Source: Acanthaster planci (lineage: Eukaryota). From it: a stretch of 64,000 nt of DNA. Positions 54,838 to 64,000 of the stretch are shown here, in pieces. The DNA is taken from contig NW_019091361.1 of assembly GCF_001949145.1 (NCBI RefSeq), forward strand, positions 3,125,854-3,189,853, in the 5' to 3' direction. A model generated the notes under the pieces. That model worked only from the letters and a program-made list of their open reading frames with translations. It searched no databases and was not told where the DNA came from. The first letter of the stretch is position 1; the number at the start of each line of letters is the position of its first letter. Both the position numbers and the translations under genes were made by a program.

Positions 54838-55249
54838 GTGAGTTAAGACTGATCCGGCTTGTCTATTTGTTAGGTGAATTTTGAAATGGAGGCACATTCG
54901 TCACATTGGCAATTCATTTTAAATGCGAAACATTTTTAGAGCAACGCCTGTGGTGTTTATATGATGTGAATGTGCCCTAGTTTGCGATGGTTTTTACACT
55001 TTGACTCTGCAGTGTGGTGCTGTCTGCTTTGGTTTCTTTTGGGTATATTCCAGCCCACAGAATTTACGTATAAATTTCCAAGCCTGGTCAAAAGGGATAT
55101 TTCCGACAAAAAAAATTCAACCACATTGCAATAAATCGTCGTCATTATAGTGAACGGACACATTTACAAAATAATGAGATTTTTTTTTCATTAATCACGA
55201 GAAGTGGCGCAGTTACAGCTGACGGCTGTTTGAAGTGCTTGAATCAAGA

Positions 55250-55523
55250 AAGGCGCGGATCTGGGAGAGTTGGGGAGGTCAGCCCACCCCTGCTCTGACA
55301 CCGTTTACATAAACAAACAAACAAATCAATCGATCGATCAAACAACAATAATAGTAATAATAAAAAGATGACATCCTGGACGGATTATTATTTGTATATC
55401 AGTAACAATATAATGCACAACCTGGGCCCTATGTGTCCACATGTTCGCAACTATCGGACATAAAGAAAATATGACGGGTTTCGCCCCCTCCCCCTCCCAG
55501 AAAAATACTTGGATCCGCCCCAA
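55250..55523. mobile_element. Degenerate MITE (CAGGGGCGGATC-type ends)
   Basis: AAGGCGCGGATCTGGG ... CTTGGATCCGCCCCAA imperfect TIRs. No TSD resolved. Confidence 0.45.
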
Positions 55524-56491
55524 GATCTGATGATACTGCGTTGGCAAGCGTATACGATCTCATAATCAACAGAATTATGAAAGTATGACACGTTTAGATA
55601 CAATGCACCGAGATGTTAGAAATAAAACTTGCTTACCAAGATAAGAAAAAAAACCTGTTCGGTATTCGAAAACAGACTGTCGGGTGATGAAGAAGACATC
55701 AAATTAATGTGTCTGTTGATGCTTTACAACAAGACATAAATTAGTTCAGGGTGTGTGATCACGACTATAATTTGCAAAAACGGTAACGAAAACCTGTAGT
55801 GTTTATAGTATCCACAATAGAAATGGATATGGCATCACATGCGGGGGGGGGGGGTTCACAATGAATGACGAAGTAACCAGGTGGACTGTGGGATCGATAT
55901 TGCGAGAGCCTCGCGTTACACGCAGCGAGCCGTAACCCGATCAACTGGTTGCACCTGAACTCATCGATCCTACCCCTGGGATCGAGGAAATTTGCTATTA
56001 TGTGCGGCCGCAACTGCATTGCTCATCAAAGATTGAAGGGTTTAATTTAGGGGAGAGAATGGGGTACCAGGGAAGTGTATCATTTTCACAAGGACGTGGT
56101 TGGCTTGAACGAAAGGGTTGATAGTGTTTATTTCTTCTCCAGAAATGCCAACGGGAGTTGAACCCGTTCGAATTTTTCAACATCGGACATGTTCTTTGCT
56201 GTATTACAATTGGACCCATTGAAGAAATTGCTTCTTAGGAACATCCTTAAACAATCCCCCTATTGACATTTATTCCAGATCCACAAAACAGAACCTAAGA
56301 ACTCACCGAGATACGGTATATTAGACTTCATGTTTTGGGGTTATTAAAGAAAGCTAAATGTTTGGATACTGTTTCGTTAAAAGGAATTATGCATCTAGCC
56401 CTTCCCGAATCGTAAACTCTTCCTGATTTAAATGTTTAATGTGTCCATAGAAAATGTTTGAAAACTGTCTGTCTTTTTATACGACTTTCAG

Positions 56492-56619
56492 TTAAAGAAC
56501 GCAGCTGCAAATGTTCTTCGAGAGACGTGGCTTATCTATAAATACACCAAACTCGTGAAAAACGTTAGCTCCAGACGAATACGAAAACACCAACGGAAAT
56601 TCCTCAGTGCCATCCACAA
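56492..56619 (+). CDS. KCNN: SK channel coding exon 6 (calmodulin-binding domain)
   Basis: Not in the ORF track; read by hand: actttcag|TTAAAG...CACAA|gtaagt; 128 nt, [42 protein letters not shown]. Confidence 0.96.
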
Positions 56620-56916
56620 GTAAGTACAGTAGTAGATTACATCTAAGTCGAGCAGATATGCTTCATGTTTTTCTGAGTGCTTTTAAATCATGCATTCTAA
56701 GGTGATGTCCTGATCGAATCACAAAATGCATTTCATCTATATGAAGACGATTTTAAGTGGTAATAGGAAATACACTTGAGGCTGCATATGCAATGTATGT
56801 ACACGTGCCTCCCTCGTTTGTGCCAATGCTCACCGCCACATTTTCACGGAGGAAGACTCTATGCCGCCGTACGTTATATCTCTCCTTTGAAAAATGACCC
56901 AATCCATCGGGACATT

Positions 56917-57650
56917 GGGTCGTATGAATAAAAAGTAGCATTTGCTTTTACTACCATTTTTGAAGCATATACTCCTGTTTTTATGAATAATAACGAAGAA
57001 AATGCTTTTACTTTAGTGCAATCGCTAAAAAGTAAAAGTATTTACTTTTTACTCTATAAACCTGTGCTTGACAATAAGCAGTTGCTTCGTTTTGTATGAG
57101 TAAAAATGAGTCAGTTCTACAGAATTGGAGTATTTACTTGACATTTTTCAAGACTGGGTCAGGGCAAGCTTGAAAACGAGGAGCATTTACTAATGTTCAA
57201 AATGGCAGCGTTCATGAATGTCATTCGAAAGGAAAAGCTGTATGCCTTAAGGAGGGAATCTCAAGAAACCAGGTGCAGGCAGTTGTACCGATTTGAGAGT
57301 GGCAGAGCAATTTTCTTCATCAAGGTTTTTGCGATCAAAATTACTGCCATCGTGCTTATCTGCCATGCTGAGGTCTCAAGAATGTTATTACAGCACCGTG
57401 CTGCACTGTGTGTGTCTGTACGTGCAGACAATGGAAACCCTGTATTGTGCAAAACCATTCGGCTGTGAAGTCAGCCACAAGCATAAAGCATTTGCTACTA
57501 TTTGTACAAGCAGGTGCTGAACAGTAAAAGAAACATTTTATGCATACAAATTCAAGCAACTGTTTATTCTTAATGCTTTTACTTCTCAGTAAATGATTTT
57601 GCAGTTTGCTTGAACTTCACAGCATTTGCTAGTTTTTATCCTTGGGACCC
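56917..57650. mobile_element. Non-autonomous DNA transposon with 3-bp TSD (PIF/Harbinger-like)
   Basis: Left GGGTCGTATGAATAAAAAGTAGCATTTGCT versus reverse complement of right end GGGTCCCAAGGATAAAAACTAGCAAATGCT. ATT on both flanks (56914-16, 57651-53). Confidence 0.55.
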
Positions 57651-58983
57651 ATTACTTTAACAGGCTCATGACATCTTCCCAGACGTTCTTTCTCAAGCCT
57701 GTTTTGATATTCCCGGTTCATGAGTCATTATACCGCTGTTTATTCTGCCCTCGATGACGTCCTATAATTCTCTGCTTATAGCGCAGCGTTCAAACCGTGT
57801 AAATAGGCTTAGAACTGAACGCGGTATGCTATGTGGTGGCAACAGATAAGTGATCGTGCCTTGCTCTATGACGTTATCCTAGTTCCCAATATACGTCACC
57901 GAACTCCCGCCTTGTGGGTCGAACAATATACAATGCAACACCTGGTTCGTCGCGTCGCCATGTACACCACGGAAATGATACTGTTTCACACATCTGGCTT
58001 GGACAAGGCCCCACGGGGTGTGGTGTCGAAATGATACGGCCTGACCCCTGAGCTTTTTTTCAGGCTGAGTTTAATAACTGTCGTTATTTTTGCCGAAATG
58101 TTGTGGTCAGATTTTGTGTGTGTTTTGTTCCCTTTTTTTTTGTTTTGTGACGTGATGTTTAGTTTTCGGGGAGGTGTGCTTTTAGTTTGTTTTGTTTTCT
58201 CGTTACCTGTAGATATATTTGTGAAACCGCTCTGCGGTGGGATGTCTCAATCATTGCCAGGGATAGAGACGGCATTTCTTGATTAAAATTTACCACGAAC
58301 TGCTGTATGTGCTATGATACCGCCCATGTAACTTCCCAAATTATGCCCTTTTAAGATAGTGCGCGAATACAGAATCGAGGAGTGCTCAATTTGAAACTGA
58401 GCCCGTGTAGTCTAAGTGCAGTGTACCCTACAAAGGATTTTGCAACTAGAGAGTTCATCAGTACACCTGAAGAATAATATTTGAGGTACTGTAAGAGCAC
58501 CGTACGTCTTATCATAGAGGAAAGTCTTATATACCAGGCACGAAATGGGACAGAGGGGTACCCCCAACAAGTCCAATCCCTATACAGGGTGTCCCAGAAA
58601 AAACACCAAACCCTTATCAAACGAGTTAATATGCCCAAACCTTGAGATATGATTGTAATGTATAAGGATCTCCGAAAAGTAGAAGCGGTATTCTTTCTAA
58701 TGACACCTTGATGGTATCCCTCCTGTCATGCATGACTGAACACCATTGTCTTGAAAATGGGCCATCCAAACTCAGTTGTAACACTTTGGATAAACCAGTG
58801 AATGAGTTTGTCTTCTGTCATGCTTGTCCTGGTTGAAAGTGACAACAAAAGGTCATGTTAATGAGGGAACATTGCCTTTTGACACTTTCAAGTTATGCAA
58901 TAATCTGGTTTAAATGTGTTGACTTGCCCCGAGGCCAGTGCAGTCTTGTAAAAGTGTTCGCAGCAGGACAGCAAGTCTGCAAC

Positions 58984-60029
58984 ATGGTGCAACTTACCAA
59001 AGAGCAAAGAGTGTTTGTCGTGACGAAATTTCTTGAAAACAAGAGCTTTTAAGCCACCCAAGCTGCATTTCGGTAAGCTTTCCCTGATAGGAATCCACCG
59101 GCAAAGTCGACCATCTGGGAAAATGTGCGCAAATACCGAGAACATGGGACAAGCCATAAGTTGAATGCAGGTCATTCGGGAAGGAGGCGCACAGTGCGAA
59201 CTCCTGAAAACATTGCTGCAGTTAGACAGCAACTTGTCGAACAGCCAAGGGGAACCAGTTGCAGGAGGAATGGACTTGGACTGTCCCATTCTTCGTTTAA
59301 CCGGATAACGCAGTAAGACCTGCAAGTTCCATCCATACCGAATGCACATCCGCCACCAACTTTTGCATGGAGACCTCAGGAGGAGACGGGAGTTTGCTCA
59401 GTGGCTCCTGGAGCGCTGTCAGGCCAATGGAAGGTTTCTTGAATGGTTGACAATCGGTGATGAGGCAGCATTTGGGATGAACGGAGAAGTTAACACCCAT
59501 AACAACAACTTTGAATTGGGGGGGAGGGGGCTCCCGTTTGGGTAGGACTGTGTGGGAATGGTGCCATTATCGGACCATTCTTTTTCGAACGGAATGTGAA
59601 TGGTCAACGGTACTTTCACATGATCAACGAAGACGTGGTACCCAAACTTCAGATGCATTTTCAACGGCATGAAAATGTTTTTTTTCCGACACCTCTTGTG
59701 GGCCCAAGATGGGGCACCCGCACACAGGCTCATTGCTGTGAGGAATCTCCTGTGGGAACGGTTCCGAGATCGAGTAATTGCTCTTAACCATTCAATTGAA
59801 TGGGCGCCCCGTTCTCCGGATCTCAACCCGTGTGATTATTTTTCATGGGAGGTATCTGAAGGTCCAGTCCACCACGTAACATCTAAGACTTACGAGGTCG
59901 CATTCAACAGGAGGTCGACATCTTACGACAAGACCCTGCATTGGTGAGACGAGCTGTGGCTGACATGCGCATCCGTTGTGAACTTTGCATTGAAGGGGAG
60001 GCGGACACGCGGAGGGTGTTGGTGCATAA
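58984..60029 (+). pseudogene. DD41D transposase pseudogene
   Basis: MVQLTKEQRVFVV..., SGRRRTVRTPENI, TIGDEAAF, WAQDGAPAH, WAPRSPDLNPCDYF. In-frame TAA at 59050, 59074 and 59314, plus several frameshifts. Confidence 0.9.
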
Positions 60030-60102
60030 TACTGTGAATTACGTAATGTGTAAATAATCGGTGTGCCCCTGATATCTTATCCAGGACAAGCACGACAGTA
60101 GA

Positions 60103-60878
60103 NNNNNNNNNNNNNNNNNNNNNNNNNNNNNNNNNNNNNNNNNNNNNNNNNNNNNNNNNNNNNNNNNNNNNNNNNNNNNNNNNNNNNNNNNNNNNNNNNN
60201 NNNNNNNNNNNNNNNNNNNNNNNNNNNNNNNNNNNNNNNNNNNNNNNNNNNNNNNNNNNNNNNNNNNNNNNNNNNNNNNNNNNNNNNNNNNNNNNNNNNN
60301 NNNNNNNNNNNNNNNNNNNNNNNNNNNNNNNNNNNNNNNNNNNNNNNNNNNNNNNNNNNNNNNNNNNNNNNNNNNNNNNNNNNNNNNNNNNNNNNNNNNN
60401 NNNNNNNNNNNNNNNNNNNNNNNNNNNNNNNNNNNNNNNNNNNNNNNNNNNNNNNNNNNNNNNNNNNNNNNNNNNNNNNNNNNNNNNNNNNNNNNNNNNN
60501 NNNNNNNNNNNNNNNNNNNNNNNNNNNNNNNNNNNNNNNNNNNNNNNNNNNNNNNNNNNNNNNNNNNNNNNNNNNNNNNNNNNNNNNNNNNNNNNNNNNN
60601 NNNNNNNNNNNNNNNNNNNNNNNNNNNNNNNNNNNNNNNNNNNNNNNNNNNNNNNNNNNNNNNNNNNNNNNNNNNNNNNNNNNNNNNNNNNNNNNNNNNN
60701 NNNNNNNNNNNNNNNNNNNNNNNNNNNNNNNNNNNNNNNNNNNNNNNNNNNNNNNNNNNNNNNNNNNNNNNNNNNNNNNNNNNNNNNNNNNNNNNNNNNN
60801 NNNNNNNNNNNNNNNNNNNNNNNNNNNNNNNNNNNNNNNNNNNNNNNNNNNNNNNNNNNNNNNNNNNNNNNNNNNNNN
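60103..60878. other. Assembly gap (776 N) inside the transposon
   Basis: Run of N. Confidence 1.
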
Positions 60879-60946
60879 ATCATATCTCATGGTTTGGGCA
60901 GATTAACCCCTTTTCCTTGGCTTTGATTTTTTTCTGGGACACCCTA

Positions 60947-61076
60947 TGCACACTCCAACCTATTGTCACATAACACATCCCCCCCCCGATGTCTGAAAAG
61001 AATTCCTGAGATACCAGTATAACGATGACCAACACAAAGGCGGGGGGGTTCTCTCTGTCCCATAGTTTGCTTCATA
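60947..61076. repeat. 3' half of the dispersed repeat split by the transposon (5' half at 58530-58584)
   Basis: TAACACATCCCCC...TGTCTGAAA..ATGACCAACACAAAG.GGGGGGGTTCTCT matches 27200-27324. Confidence 0.8.
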
Positions 61077-64000
61077 TTTTGTCTTACGGCAAGAAGCCTT
61101 TCAATTACACCTGTCCGTGCTACAAAACCCTTCAAAAATGCTCGATCCTTTGTCTCCAAAGTACACTCACTCCGATTGGTTTTGTTTAATTACGTTTAAT
61201 AATTTTCCACGTTGGCACAGAATGTCCACTTTTGTTCGCCCATATACCAAGCAGAGACGCCAGTAATGGATTCATAAAATGTCAAAGACTTGCGATGAGG
61301 GATGAAGTAGTGTTAACCGAATCACGGACGCACACATGTGGGTGTCTTTTGAATTCGAAGAGGCGGCAAAGAATTCGATGTAATTTCTTAAAGTTACTAA
61401 ACATAGTTTACGATATTTCTAAGTATTTGAATGAGGGTATTATCTAATGAAGAAAGCATCCTTACGGCTGTTCTGGATAAAGCTCATTAATAAATTGATA
61501 TTTTTTTGGTAGGGTCAAAGAACGTTTTTCGCCCCAAAGAAGTGAAGGAAATTTAATCACTCGTGGGAAGATGCCACACCTTGTGGAGGACAAAAGAACT
61601 TATCTTGACAAAATTTGATATACGAGAGTTTTCTTTTAAAGTTCAAATTTTCGTATTCACTGCACAAACAACTTGGGACGAATTGACAATCAAAACGTGT
61701 GAATAATGTAATCGTATCTGTCTCAAAGGTCTATGTTCATTATGTTAAATGTACAGAGAAACATGTTTTGTCCAACGTACTATTCCTTTTAAGTGTACGA
61801 AAGTATTAGACATCCTTTTTTTTTGGCCTTTGTTGTTTGTTTTGTTTAGAATCGTATAGAATACTGCACGGTCATTTTGAGCATTAGAAGTTTTCCGTGT
61901 TTATCTTGGCAAATGGGGGCGTTGTTTCTATGATGTCATTTTAGGAACGCTTTTTATTTAGATGGCATCCATTTTCCCAAACCACGAACTCAAAATTTAG
62001 TCAGACCGAAATAATGTGTGTGAGAAAACATTGTTCAAATCACCACAGAACGGAATATACACGAGACAGCCAAATTTCTCAAAACTCTGGTAAATTATAG
62101 TGTACAGATACTATGTAGCCGCTTAACCAATATTTCTTGCTAAAATGGCATCCCATTTGCCTCATAAATAGCCGTGTTACCATAAAAATCGTAACGTATT
62201 TAACATGGAAAAATTGTAATTGAAATCCATTTGANACATTAAAATTTCACCCAATATTACATTCTAGAGAAACATATCCCAATGAATTTATTTGCGGTCC
62301 CACGTATTTTGAAAGTAATTTTAAAATGAATTTGCATTCAGATGCAGCATTGTGACGACAAGTTGGGGACATGTCGTGAGTTAGCTACGGAATCTCATTG
62401 AAGACACTTCGACCAAGCAATCCATACCTCCTTTAGAGTGAACTTAAAGTAAAAAAAAAAAACGGAACCTGCTTTTTCAGCCATATTTTCTTTTTTTAGC
62501 ACCATGGTTGTTGAAAAAAGGCTATCGCAATATTAGGCCTTAAAAGTAAATTTCTGAATTCGAGACACATGTGCCCGTAATATGCCTGCGTTGTGAAAAA
62601 AGCCAAAATCCCTTTTGCTTATTTTTTTACATTTAGATTACAACCGGGGAGAAACGAATCAAGCTTATCACTTATCACGTGCATCTAGCGTATTGCCCTT
62701 GGGTCTTCTGTCAGTGCACAGCAATATAATTCGCAATTTTGTTTCAAGAAACATTCCCCTTTATTTTCCTCTTAAAGTAGAAATGCACATCGGCCGGTCG
62801 GCCCTCGATTAAACGCGACAGCACTCCCCGAAAACAACCTTATTTTTTCAAACGATTGCACCCGAATCAGCTCCCGCAGTAGTAATGGCAGCCGACGTGA
62901 AAGGCACATCCATGCCTGATCCGAGGGCAAACAAAGAACCAGTTGGGGAAACACGCGTGGTGGGCTCTGGGTGACGTTGTTGGTGTGCTGGGATCAGACA
63001 ACTAATTACTGCCCTGGGGACGGTGAGGGAACCATGTCGTGTTTGTCTCTGGCTAACAAATTGGTCGAACTGGCTGCCTGTCACTGGGCTTGAGTCGTTC
63101 ATTGAATCTGACAATGACGGAGGTAATAATGACCGCTATTTACGAAGCGATCCGGGCGCGATGCATTGGTAATTTTGAGTGGGATTGGTCTTAGGTTTTT
63201 TTGGAGTGACGTTTGGCAGCGACTGACGACGATGTAGCCTGAGGGCGCAATATTTATTTTATTAATTTCTTGAATTACGCGCGGAGTTCGAGTTGGCAAA
63301 AACTGGAACTTTTTTAATGCCGATATGGCATAAAATTCGTACTGCAGTGGCTGGTTTTTGTTGCTGCTATGTGCTGGGCTCATGGTCAAGATTTCTCGCA
63401 AGTTCAAATTTCATGTATTTTAGATGTGGCCTCCGCTACACTCCTCGTTAAATTTGCCAGAACCGCACATACATATGTGTACCTAAAAAATCGATTGTCT
63501 GGCACAAAATGCACGACATTCCATTTCCTACTTTCCATCACCAAAATTATTCTCTCAGTACTTAAATTTGCCACAATTGACCCGAACGTTTTCATTCGGT
63601 TTGCAGTATCTCTTATATACTCTTATAAGATTTGCGCATTACGTTGACGTCACAGGGGCCGTCATTGTGGTGCTAGGGCCTCGTTGGATGCAAGCTCAGT
63701 TATCCTTCGATCCATGTTGCATTGTGGGACAACAATTATTCATGGCTACTGCCCTTATCCTCCATGACGTGACCTGTAGAATGGGCTCGTGTTGATAGCG
63801 TGGGCACGTCAAGCCATTCGTACTTAGGCACGCGACCGGTGACAGAGCAGAGCGCTGTACGCGGCTATGTATAATTCGTACTCACCCGTACATCCGCACC
63901 AGGGAAGCATTAATTTTTCCCCGGTGCCCTGGAGCGTACACGTATCCCCTGTCGGCTTGGTATATGTAGTTTGTCTCTGCGTGTGCCTCCATCTTTGATG

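Larger units (their letters stand above)
2842..56619 (+). other. KCNN: SK/KCNN small-conductance Ca2+-activated K+ channel gene, 3'-partial (6 coding exons visible)
   Basis: Six exons join in frame (phases 0,0,2,0,0,2) into an SK protein with [53 protein letters not shown] and [13 protein letters not shown] motifs. All introns are GT-AG: 12,237; 25,081; 7,301; 5,772 and 1,654 bp. Confidence 0.97.
58585..60946 (+). mobile_element. Tc1/mariner DNA transposon, DD41D (rosa/Visitor) type, decayed, spans a gap
   Basis: TA|CAGGGTGTCCCAGAAAAAA left end and TTTTTTCTGGGACACCCT right end. Inverted similarity extends at least ~68 bp to the gap edge. Internal transposase remnants. Confidence 0.92.

Noticed and set aside
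57800..57830. ag|GCTTAGAACTGAA as candidate exon 7 (LR...)
   Set aside because: Translation does not match the conserved LRxVKxEQRKL motif and there is no polypyrimidine tract.
60039..60890. ORFs of 268-283 aa
   Set aside because: Artefacts of translating N runs.

Overview
Eukaryotic (metazoan, probably marine invertebrate; echinoderm-like repeat content is an inference) draft genomic sequence with two N-gaps. Nearly the whole window is one + strand gene for a small-conductance Ca2+-activated K+ channel (SK/KCNN). Six coding exons can be read with GT-AG boundaries and matching phases: 2842-3684, 15922-16017, 41099-41517, 48819-48954, 54727-54837 and 56492-56619. Together they give about 577 codons covering the N-terminus, S1-S6, the GYG pore and most of the calmodulin-binding domain. 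The remaining 3' exons were not found and probably lie beyond the window. The large introns hold many TE remnants: several MITEs, a tRNA-like SINE relic, two Penelope-like fragments (one folds as a minimal type I hammerhead ribozyme), and a decayed DD41D (rosa/Visitor-type) Tc1/mariner element whose empty target site survives as a paralogous repeat in the same window. I found no convincing novel multi-gene system. The most interesting items are the ribozyme motif, in-frame cryptic acceptors in front of the pore exon, and substitutions at SK residues linked to rectification and apamin sensitivity.
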